DNA of 64,000 nucleotides from a virus, in the IMG/VR virus record IMGVR_UViG_3300037010_001386, positions 2,860 through 66,859 of that record; one strand, written 5' to 3'. Positions 29,439 through 39,000 of the stretch are shown piece by piece (within the stretch, counting starts at the first letter, position 1; every line of letters starts with the position of its first letter). The translations under genes and the position numbers were made by a program. A model generated the notes under the pieces. The model did no database searches. It had not been told where the DNA came from and worked only from the letters and a program-made list of their open reading frames with translations.

Positions 29439-31925
29439 ATGAATTCTCAAAACGGGGATAATTTAAAAAAATTGGTTACTGGCAATGTTTTAATGGACGA
29501 ATACATACAGAAGTCAGATTCTGAACGCATAAGTCAAGAGCGTTCTTTTGCGTTTACTAAAAGGAAAAGATTGTCTTATTCAATAGAAAAGGGTCTTTCA
29601 AAGCCAGGACTTGTATCATACGATGTTTTACGCAGAATAGTTAGGTCTGTTCACGCAGCAAGAATATGCGTTAATGTTTTAAAAGATAAGGTTGCAAAAA
29701 CAAAGTGGGTCATACAACCTATTAATCCAAGAGAAAAAGTTGACCCAGAAAAAATAAAACAAGTTGAAAATTTGTTTAAGTATCCAAATCCATCAGAATC
29801 GTTTAGAACATTATTGGATAAGATAATGGAAGATTTGCTTTCTCTTGATACTGTTTTTATTGAAAAAGTTAGATATAATGATGGGACACTTGCTGGATTA
29901 TTTTATTGCGATGCGGCAACAATAAGACCAGTTTTTAATGAAAAAGGAGAACAAGATGTTATCGTTCCATTACCAGATAAAAATGGAGGAGTAAAGAAAT
30001 TACCAGTTTCTTATGTTCAAATAGAAAATGCAAGTCCTTATGGAGGTGCTACATCTGGTAACGTTGTAGCAGCATGGCCTAAAAAAGATATGGTTCATTT
30101 CAATATGCATCCACAGGGCAATATGGAAAATTTTGGATATGGACTTTCACCGATTGAAAGCGTGTTGGGCGTTATAACAAATATTTTAAATGCAGATAAT
30201 TACAATAGCACTTATTTTCAAGAAGGTGCATTCCCACCAGCTATTATACAATTAAAAGCAAATATTGACCCTCGTGAACTTGAAAATCTCAGAGAATATT
30301 TATATTCAGAACTTAATGGACAATTCCATAGACCAGCAGTATTTGCAGGAGATATGGATATGGATGTAAAAGATTTGAAAACATTGACGCAGAGAGATAT
30401 GCAGTTTATGGATTATATGACATTTATGTTAAAATTGCTTGCTGCGGCATTTGGTTTATCAGGACAGGATGTTGGATTATCTGGTGATATAAATAGCACA
30501 GATTCTAATGTTCAAAAAGATTTATCACAAGCAAAAGGATATGGTGCATTACTTACTTTATTACAAGAGGAATTTAATCAACAAATTATTTGGAAAGATT
30601 TTGGATATACAGATATAGAATTTGCGTGGATAAATCCAGACACAGAAGATCCAAAAGAAAATGTAGCTGTTTATGATACTTCGCTTAGAAATGGTTCGCT
30701 TACATTAAATGAAGTTAGGAAAAGTTTAGGAAAAGAACCTTATGGGGCTTGGGCTGATATTCCTATGGTTTTAGGTGCGATGGGATATACACCTATTATG
30801 CCAAAATCAGATGCTGCGAAACCAGAAGGAGAAGACGAGGAAGAAACTCATTCAGATTCTGATTTTGTGGGAATGGAAAAACCAATGAAAGAACAAGCGA
30901 TAGAAGATGATAGCAATTTAGAAAATACAACAACAGAAGAAATACATAAAAGTATTTTGACTCCAGATGGTTATGAAACTTATGTTGATGATCGTGGATA
31001 TGGACAGCCATTTATATTTTATAAGATTTTAACAGGAGAAGGATATGTTATTAAACCTCCTGTTGCAGTAAATTTAGATAGTCAAATAATGGAAGAAAAA
31101 TTGACACATAAATTGGCAGATGAAGGATTGAGAGTAAATCCTGTAACAAGAATGACATTGGCAGATATTGAAACAAAATTATTAACATCAGATACTTTAA
31201 GAAAGCAGTTTAACGATTATGTAGAAATGGCACCAGCTTACGATAGTAAAAAATGGTCAGCTACTTTTGGCAATAGCAGAAAGTATCCTTATTATTCTGT
31301 TAGTAAATTTATAGATGGAAGAAGTTTGAAAGATCCTTTACTTATAAAGGATATGCAAAGAGTTCCACAGGATTACAAACAAGCAATTAAAGAATTAGCT
31401 GATTTATGGTTAGCTGAAAAGAAATATGTTTTAGGCGATAGACGAGCAGACCAAGTATTATTTACTCCAGATAAACATATTATGGCATTTGATTTTCAAT
31501 TCGAGGGCAATAAAAACAGATGGAAGAGTACAAAGGATTCATACGCAAACGCACTGAAACCAATACCAGAACTTTATAATTTATTTATAGAATTGACAAA
31601 TCAGAACAAAGAGTCTGTTGTTAAAAAGATAAAGAATATATTTAAAAAAGATGCATTAGAAAGTCCTACTAATGAGTATTTTGCTTTCGGAACGCTTGTG
31701 AATGGCGATGTAAAGTTTAAGGAAAATGTAAAAAAAGTTTTTGACAAAAAATCAGAGGATATTTTAATCGATAATGGTTTTACAGAATTGAGTTTTATGT
31801 ATGATTTTAATACTGCTCAAAAGATTTTATCTGATTATGTAACAAAAAATCCAAAAGCATATGGTGGTATATTCATAAAAGAAGATGAGAGAGGGCTGAT
31901 GTATTGTATATACACTAAACAATAA
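29439..31925 (+). CDS. HK97-like portal protein with C-terminal kinase-like extension
   Basis: PNPSESFR, YGLSPIE, YFQEGAFP, DMQF, LTLNEVRKSLG; extra ~320 aa after residue 504. Confidence 0.88.
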   Translation: MNSQNGDNLKKLVTGNVLMDEYIQKSDSERISQERSFAFTKRKRLSYSIEKGLSKPGLVSYDVLRRIVRSVHAARICVNVLKDKVAKTKWVIQPINPREKVDPEKIKQVENLFKYPNPSESFRTLLDKIMEDLLSLDTVFIEKVRYNDGTLAGLFYCDAATIRPVFNEKGEQDVIVPLPDKNGGVKKLPVSYVQIENASPYGGATSGNVVAAWPKKDMVHFNMHPQGNMENFGYGLSPIESVLGVITNILNADNYNSTYFQEGAFPPAIIQLKANIDPRELENLREYLYSELNGQFHRPAVFAGDMDMDVKDLKTLTQRDMQFMDYMTFMLKLLAAAFGLSGQDVGLSGDINSTDSNVQKDLSQAKGYGALLTLLQEEFNQQIIWKDFGYTDIEFAWINPDTEDPKENVAVYDTSLRNGSLTLNEVRKSLGKEPYGAWADIPMVLGAMGYTPIMPKSDAAKPEGEDEEETHSDSDFVGMEKPMKEQAIEDDSNLENTTTEEIHKSILTPDGYETYVDDRGYGQPFIFYKILTGEGYVIKPPVAVNLDSQIMEEKLTHKLADEGLRVNPVTRMTLADIETKLLTSDTLRKQFNDYVEMAPAYDSKKWSATFGNSRKYPYYSVSKFIDGRSLKDPLLIKDMQRVPQDYKQAIKELADLWLAEKKYVLGDRRADQVLFTPDKHIMAFDFQFEGNKNRWKSTKDSYANALKPIPELYNLFIELTNQNKESVVKKIKNIFKKDALESPTNEYFAFGTLVNGDVKFKENVKKVFDKKSEDILIDNGFTELSFMYDFNTAQKILSDYVTKNPKAYGGIFIKEDERGLMYCIYTKQ

Positions 31926-31933
31926 AAAATAAT

Positions 31934-32230
31934 ATGGACCCATTACGCAATGTAAAAACAACAATTATTCCTCTTAATGTAGCAAATACAGAGTATTCTT
32001 TTTTCTTACCAGATGAAACAAAACAGATTTCGTTTGGATTAAGGACTGCGGGTGCTTATTTATATTATTCGTGGCAATCTGGGCAGGTTCCATCTAATAA
32101 TGGTGCATATATAACATTACTTCCTGGAAGTTCTATTGAAATTAGTGAAATGAATTTATTGGGTGGTAAAACAATATATTTTTCAACAGATACAGATTCT
32201 CAGATTGTGGAAATGGAAGTATGGAATTAA
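31934..32230 (+). CDS. Hypothetical small beta-rich virion protein
   Basis: 98-aa ORF in head cluster. Confidence 0.55.
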   Translation: MDPLRNVKTTIIPLNVANTEYSFFLPDETKQISFGLRTAGAYLYYSWQSGQVPSNNGAYITLLPGSSIEISEMNLLGGKTIYFSTDTDSQIVEMEVWN

Positions 32231-32248
32231 AACATTAAGATAAACAAT

Positions 32249-34678
32249 ATGAAGATTAATCCTAATTATTGGATATTACAAGGTAATCAGTTAAAACCAT
32301 CTAATCCTAATTGGTCTGTTTGGGGTGAGGGTTCTGTTTTGTGGGGCTCTATAACTGGCACACTTTCTAATCAGACTGACCTACAATCAGCTCTCAATGG
32401 GCTTGTTCCTTACTCAGGAGCAAATAAGAACTTATCAATGGGAAATTATAATGTTTCTGCTCTGGGATTAACTTCTACTAATCTTACCGTTGATACAAGC
32501 ACTCTTTATGTAGATAGCGTCAATCATAGATTGGGGATTGGGACGACAAGTCCCGGTACGACGCTGCATGTCGTTGGAACTTTTCGCCTCGCAAGTAATG
32601 GTTCTAATTTTGTAAATATAACCAATTCTAATGTAGGAAGTGGTTCTATCTCAATACCAAATCTTGCTGGTGTTGATGTATTTGATGTATTAGGCACAGC
32701 TCAAACATTTACTGCCACAAAAACATTTTCAAATAGTACATATTCCGCACTTTTTACTGGTGGCAATGTCGGGATTGGAACAACAGCACCAAGAGCAAAT
32801 TTTGAAGTAGATGGATCAGTTTGGTTGAAAACACATTTAGCAGATGATGCGGAAACTCTTATTATTGAACCAAACACAAGTGCAAATGCTGTTCAATTAA
32901 GAACCTATGTGGCAGCTGGAAACATAATCATAGGTAACAACTCTAATAATGTTTTATTAGCTACGGGTTCTGGCAATGTGGGCATCGGAATGACATCGCC
33001 AACTTCTCAGCTTACTCAAAAATCTACTACTGCTTTACAAAGCGCTCCATTAGGTAGTCAATTATTATCAACATCTAACTGGACGACAACAGGTTGGACT
33101 GGTGATTTCGTTAACGGATTTACTCATACAACAGGAAATACGACAGCACTGACCAACACATTAGCGGCAACTTCTGGCAATTTATATCAAATCTCATTTA
33201 CGGTTACAAATAGAACTGCTGGTTCATTTACAATTAGTTTCGGAAGCGTAACATCAGGTAGTTATACAGCAACAAATGCGTGGGGAGTAAAAGCAACAGG
33301 AACAGGAACGCTATCTATTACACCAACTAGTGATTTCAATGGGACAATAGTAATAGGTATTCAACAAATTACAGGAATATATTCGCCTATTTATGCTATT
33401 CAAGATAACACTGGTGCTAATAATATTGAAATTAGAAGCAGTTTAAATTCGCTTAATAATCTATTTATTGGTAAAAACACTGGAGGTCATAATACGACTG
33501 GTTCCAGTAATACATTTATAGGAGCTAACTCAGGGGCATACAACACCACAGGAAACAACAACACAGCTAATGGATATGCTTCTTTCAACTCCAATACCAC
33601 AGGAGGATATAACACAGCAAATGGATATGGATCTCTCAACAACAACACAACAGGTAACTACAATACAGCTAATGGATTTTATTCCCTCTACTATAACACA
33701 ACAGGAAACTACAATACAGCAAATGGTGTAAGCACACTCCAAGCCAACACTACGGGGGTATATAATACAGCCGATGGTATGAACGCACTTTCCTCAAACA
33801 CTACGGGAAGCAGTAATACAGCTAATGGGGCAAGTGCATTATCATCCAACAACACAGGGTCTAATAATGTAGCCAATGGAGTAAGCGCTCTCTATTCCAA
33901 CACCACAGGCACTAGCAATACAGCTAATGGATATTATTCTCTAAATTCCAATACTACAGGTAACTATAATACCGCATTAGGTTATTATTCTGGTCGTTTT
34001 ATTGCTGATGGAGCAACAGGCAACGCTACATCAACTAATTCTATATATTTAGGAGCAAATACAAAAGCATTAGCCAGTGGAGATACAAATGAAATAGTAA
34101 TAGGTTATAACGCAACAGGGTTAGGTTCAAATACGGCTGTTTTAGGGAATAGTTCAATTGTTACCACTGCTTTATATGGAAATGTCGGCGTTGGAACGAC
34201 AACGCCACATGACAAATTAGATGTAAACGGAGTAATAAGTTCAGGATACACTGCTGGTAATGGTGAAATTAGAATGTATCAGAATAATAATCAAGATGGT
34301 ATTTATGTTGCGTTAAAAACCGATACTACGAATAAAAAAAGTGGATTATTTAGAAGTAATACCAATTTTTTCAATTATTATGACACAAATACTGGTGATA
34401 CTGTATTAGATGCTACTTTTGCTAGTAGTTCTGACATCTTTAAGATACAAGGTGTTGAAAAAATGAGAATAGCAAATAACGGCAATGTCGGTATTGGAAC
34501 TACTACACCAAATTACCAATGTCATATCAATGGCACATTAGGATTTACACCTGGAAGCTCCGTGACACCAGCTAATAATGGTGATATAGTTATAGAAGCA
34601 ACGAGCAACACATCAGTTACTATAAAATTAAAAGGTTCTGATGGTGTTGTAAGAAGTGTTGCACTTACACTATCATAA
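32249..34678 (+). CDS. Fibre/adhesin-like virion protein
   Basis: Repeated GNVGIGTT motifs and about a dozen 14-aa NTTGxxNTAxGxx(S/A)L repeats. Confidence 0.75.
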   Translation: MKINPNYWILQGNQLKPSNPNWSVWGEGSVLWGSITGTLSNQTDLQSALNGLVPYSGANKNLSMGNYNVSALGLTSTNLTVDTSTLYVDSVNHRLGIGTTSPGTTLHVVGTFRLASNGSNFVNITNSNVGSGSISIPNLAGVDVFDVLGTAQTFTATKTFSNSTYSALFTGGNVGIGTTAPRANFEVDGSVWLKTHLADDAETLIIEPNTSANAVQLRTYVAAGNIIIGNNSNNVLLATGSGNVGIGMTSPTSQLTQKSTTALQSAPLGSQLLSTSNWTTTGWTGDFVNGFTHTTGNTTALTNTLAATSGNLYQISFTVTNRTAGSFTISFGSVTSGSYTATNAWGVKATGTGTLSITPTSDFNGTIVIGIQQITGIYSPIYAIQDNTGANNIEIRSSLNSLNNLFIGKNTGGHNTTGSSNTFIGANSGAYNTTGNNNTANGYASFNSNTTGGYNTANGYGSLNNNTTGNYNTANGFYSLYYNTTGNYNTANGVSTLQANTTGVYNTADGMNALSSNTTGSSNTANGASALSSNNTGSNNVANGVSALYSNTTGTSNTANGYYSLNSNTTGNYNTALGYYSGRFIADGATGNATSTNSIYLGANTKALASGDTNEIVIGYNATGLGSNTAVLGNSSIVTTALYGNVGVGTTTPHDKLDVNGVISSGYTAGNGEIRMYQNNNQDGIYVALKTDTTNKKSGLFRSNTNFFNYYDTNTGDTVLDATFASSSDIFKIQGVEKMRIANNGNVGIGTTTPNYQCHINGTLGFTPGSSVTPANNGDIVIEATSNTSVTIKLKGSDGVVRSVALTLS

Positions 34679-34704
34679 TAAAGGTCGTAAAAAATAATAA
34701 AAAT

Positions 34705-34926
34705 ATGAATTACATCGCAAAACAAATTAATCAAGAAGGAATGGGCAATGACTATTATGAATTATTTACACCAGTTGAAATGACTGGGGTAGATGGAACA
34801 ACGGTCGAAGTATTGCAAAGTATTGGAACTTATTCCTTATCAGACTTAAATGCTCAGAGGCAAAATTACTTAGACCAAATAAATAGTATTGAAGAAAAAA
34901 TTACAGCTATAAATAACTTAAAATAA
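34705..34926 (+). CDS. Hypothetical protein (possible fibre chaperone)
   Basis: 73-aa ORF with AAAGGTCG leader motif. Confidence 0.6.
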   Translation: MNYIAKQINQEGMGNDYYELFTPVEMTGVDGTTVEVLQSIGTYSLSDLNAQRQNYLDQINSIEEKITAINNLK

Positions 34927-34992
34927 AAAATAGTGCATTTTTTGTGTATAATTAAATTATAAAGGTCTAAAAAATTAATCAATAATAAAAAT

Positions 34993-35142
34993 ATGATAAT
35001 CAAATTGAAATTAGATGATAAGTTCTACGAAGGAGAAATCAACGAAGTTGCACAACCAGAAATTGTTACTCCGACAGAAGAAACAACAGCGGAAGTCGCA
35101 GATGAACCAATAGTGGAATCGGAGGTAGTTGATGCAGAGTAG
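34993..35142 (+). CDS. Acidic 49-aa protein (not in ORF track)
   Basis: MIIKLKLDDKFYEGEINEVAQPE...; own late-type promoter (34932-34952) and AAAGGTCT motif. Confidence 0.65.
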   Translation: MIIKLKLDDKFYEGEINEVAQPEIVTPTEETTAEVADEPIVESEVVDAE

Positions 35143-35152
35143 GGTATTGTAT

Positions 35153-35205
35153 GCGAGGGTCTGTTCTATTTATAAAATATATTTTTTTTAACAACAGACC
35201 CTCGT
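35153..35205 (+). terminator. Stem-loop (terminator or processing site)
   Basis: GCGAGGGTCTGTT...AACAGACCCTCGT 13-bp stem with large AT-rich loop. Confidence 0.5.
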
Positions 35206-35258
35206 ATTTCAGAGATATAAAAAATAGTGTATTTTTTCTATATAATTAAGATAACAAA

Positions 35259-35498
35259 ATGAAAAAGTTAATGTCGGGCGAAACAAGTATAACAATTCAG
35301 GTATTACTGACAATTATCAGTGGAATTGCGATTGGAATATTTACTGCGATTAGTTATGTGAATTCACAAATATCCCCAGTTGCAGCAGAAACACAAGCAA
35401 ACTCACAAGCAATCGCAGGAATGCAAAGCGATATATCTTGGGTTAAACAAGCACTTCAAGCTCAAGGATTTTCTCCTAAAGGTCAACAAATCAATTAA
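35259..35498 (+). CDS. Single-TM coiled-coil protein
   Basis: Hydrophobic helix then heptad-like region; promoter at 35226-35246. Confidence 0.6.
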   Translation: MKKLMSGETSITIQVLLTIISGIAIGIFTAISYVNSQISPVAAETQANSQAIAGMQSDISWVKQALQAQGFSPKGQQIN

Positions 35499-35502
35499 AT
35501 AA

Positions 35503-36021
35503 ATGTTTGAAATAATTTGGAAATCGTTACAGGTAAATAAAGACACGTTAGATGAAGTTATTGAAGAGATTAATCGTGAGATTAGTCGTATTAGTGCAAA
35601 TCGTATTCCATATTTAACTGGTCGTGCATTAAAAAAGGAACTCGTTCGTGTTCAAGAATTAAGAAATCAACGAGATATTATTAAAAAGAAATTTGGAACA
35701 GCTACTCCGAAAAATTCTGCAGATAATGAAATTGATGAAACTGATAAAGATATGGGTGTAGAAAATGCTGGAAATATACCAGTATCTTTGTTAGCTCGTC
35801 AAGACCTTTCAGAAACTGAAAAATCTGAAGATTATGTAACTGGTGATTATATACATTTATATAATAAACGAGCAAAAATTAAATGGAGGGATGGACATGG
35901 AAACTATCAAGTAGAGTTTTTAGATGGAAAGGATAAGGGAAAAACAATGATAGTGCCAGAAAACGAGATAGACAAAATGATTTCAAAAAATATAGATTTA
36001 ATAATAAAAAAATATGAATAA
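35503..36021 (+). CDS. Putative internal head protein with C-terminal SH3-like segment
   Basis: IWKS, TDKD and TEKS linkers; C-terminal ISKNIDLIIKKYE shared with the next protein. Confidence 0.55.
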   Translation: MFEIIWKSLQVNKDTLDEVIEEINREISRISANRIPYLTGRALKKELVRVQELRNQRDIIKKKFGTATPKNSADNEIDETDKDMGVENAGNIPVSLLARQDLSETEKSEDYVTGDYIHLYNKRAKIKWRDGHGNYQVEFLDGKDKGKTMIVPENEIDKMISKNIDLIIKKYE

Positions 36022-39000
36022 ATTATTCAAAATGTTGTTAAGAAAAACAAGTGACGGCACAGAAGAAGAGGATGCGTTAAAAAGTGCTGATTTAACTTGT
36101 TGGGTTCAAAATGCTAATGATTTATATGAACAAGGTAAATCATATAATTATATTATATCAGATTTACAAACGAAAGGAGTATCGCCAAGTGATATTGCAA
36201 TAGTAATGGATTTATTCCAGCAAATGGTTGGTGACGAAGGAATTGTAAAATCTAATGTAGAAAAGATTATAAGACACGAAGGAAATGAATGGGTTTTATA
36301 TTCTCACGAAGGAAAGGTATTAGGAAGACATCCTACAAAGGAAAGTGCAGAAGGACAAGAGGCGGCAGTTCAAGCAAATAAATCACAGGTTAAAAAAGGA
36401 TTAAGTTATGACGAATGGGAAGAAAAAGTTATTGAAGAATTAGCAAAACTTTTAGATGCACCTATTTCAGATATACAAGGTATTATTATGTTGCAATCTT
36501 TCATTTTAGACAGAGAATGGGCAAAAGATACTGACCCTAAAAAAGTTGCTCAACTTATTGAAAGAGCTTCAATTGTTCATAGGTCACAAAAAGAATTAAG
36601 CCGTGACGAATGGGAAGAAAAAGTTATTGAAGAAGTAGCAAAATTTTTTGGTATATCTATTTCAGATGCACAAGGTATTGTTATGATACAACCTTTCATT
36701 TTACAGAAAGAATGGGTAAAAGATACTGATCCTGAAAAAGTCGCTCAACTTATTGAAAGAGCTGCGACAATTCATAGGTCACAAGATGAAACATCTACAG
36801 AAAAAGATATAGTTGATTATCTTGATAAAAGTTTTTCAGATGATAGTGTAATAACAGTCGCTGTTGTAAAAGAGAAAATTCGTAAAGCATTTCCAGAGAT
36901 TAAATCAGATTGGTCAGTTGGAGTATTGGCTAGTTTATGGATTGATAGACAGAGATTGAATAAAGCGTTTCCATCGTTATCATCTAATATTACAAAAAAT
37001 CTTACTGATGTAAGAGTTGCAGAAAAACTTTTGACAGAGGAAGAATCTATTAAAACCTATTTGCATTTAGATGGCGATGATTTGTCAGGGAATCCGCAAT
37101 ATATTAAGGAAGTAAGTAAACTTAGTCGTTTTGGCGTAGGTCCAGATGTTATGAGAATATTAGAGGATGCAGGTCATCATTCATTGGTTAAAGTGCTTAT
37201 GAGTTTAGGTTCTCCAAGCCCTGCTATTCAGAAATCATCATTTAACGTTACAAAGAATGCTAATGATGATGAAAGAGTTGCAGAAAGATTAATGGCAGAT
37301 GAAACAAGAATTAATAATGATTTACATATACAAGGCGGAGACCGTTCAAATGATCCACAATATATTGATAGAATAAAGAGAATTAATCGTTCGGGAATTA
37401 ATCCAAATGTTATGGCAATATTGGAGGACGAGAATTATCATTCATTGGTTTCAGTGCTTATGAGTTTAGGAGCACCAAGACCTGCAAATAAAGTTCGCAG
37501 AGGAGGAATAGATGATGATGAACTATGGGGAAAATCTCAAGATGTTACCAATAAATCAATTGAAAAAAGTAGAATTCCAGAACGAACCATTATGATTGCT
37601 TCGCTAGATGAAATGGATTATATACAAATGGGAGTTAAACAAGAAACTCCAACTAGTTGGATTGATTCCAATGGGAATGTCTGGCCAAAAAGCGAATACA
37701 AGTTTGTTGAAGAATTGAAACCTGTAAAAAAGGATGATACTACCAATAAATCAATTCCCAATCGAACAGAACAAGCAAAAGTATTAATAAATGTTGACCA
37801 CGATCTTCGGGTTAAACTTGGATTTTTTGATGGAAAAAGCATGAATGATCCTAGGAACTGGAATGAATACAAACAAGAATTAAGTGAAAGATTTGTTGGA
37901 AATGTTTCTCAAGAAACTTTATCAGATTTAAAGGATAGTGGTTATAATTCGTTAGTATTGGCATTGAAAGAATTAGGTAGAATAAGTAAATCTCAAGATG
38001 TTACCAATAAAGGAATTTATAATAAAACAGAACAAGCACAAGTATTAATAAATCTTGACTACTATCTTCGGATTAAATTTGGATTTTTCGAGGGAAAAAG
38101 CATTAAGGATCCCAAAATCTGGAATGAATACAAACGAAAATTAGGTGAAATGTTTGTTGGAAATGTTTCTCAAGAAACTTTATCAGACTTAAAAGATAAT
38201 GGTCGTGATTGGTTAATATTGGCGTTGAAAGAATTGGGTAGAATAAGTAAATCTCAAGATAATGTTACCAATAATACAGAAAAGGATTTAAAGACATCGC
38301 TTGGCGTTCAAAGACATAACAATAGAATGGATAATATTTGGAATGATGCAAAAGAACTTGAGCGTAAGCGTGTTGCGGCAGGTGAAGAACCAAATCCAAG
38401 TCTTACCAGCCCAGAAGAAGCTGCAAAGTACGGATGGGTGCCAGTTAAAATAGATGGATATAATAGGTATCAGAGAAAAGCACAGAAATCACAGGATAAT
38501 GTTACTAATAAATCATTTGAAAAAGGATCTAGATATACCATTGTTAGAAGAACTTTTGAAGCAGAAAAATATCCAAAAGGTAGTGCAGAGAGAGCAAAAT
38601 TAAATGAAAATCCTTTAACTAGTGAATATGCACATTCATATAAATATGCAGTAGTTGATGGAAGTGGAGAATCTATGGAGGAGTTTTATAGTAAAACAGA
38701 TGCTCAGAATTGGATTGATGCTCATACAAAAAATACTACTAATAAATCATTTGAAAATCCAACAGCAGAAGGAGAACGATTAATGATTATTGATAATGAA
38801 ATTTGGGATAAATTTGGATTTAGAAGCGGAAGCGATGTAGATAAGAACTGGAATAAATATAAACAGGCAGTAAATGAAAAAGTTCATGGAAAAGTTTCTA
38901 AAGAAACTTGGGAAGATTTGGAAGATAATAATTATCACTCAATGATAAAAGCATTGAATGAATTGGGCAAGTTAGAAAAATCACAAATTCAAAAAGGAAG

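Noticed and set aside
33480-33990. Regular 42-nt periodicity resembling an array
   Set aside because: Degenerate coding repeats (NTTGxxNTAxG) of the fibre protein, not CRISPR repeat-spacer structure
17992-34951. TGTGTATAA inside three late promoters matches a DnaA box
   Set aside because: Other members of the class (CTGTATAA, CTATATAA, TGGTATAA) break the box, so it is probably just extended -10 sequence
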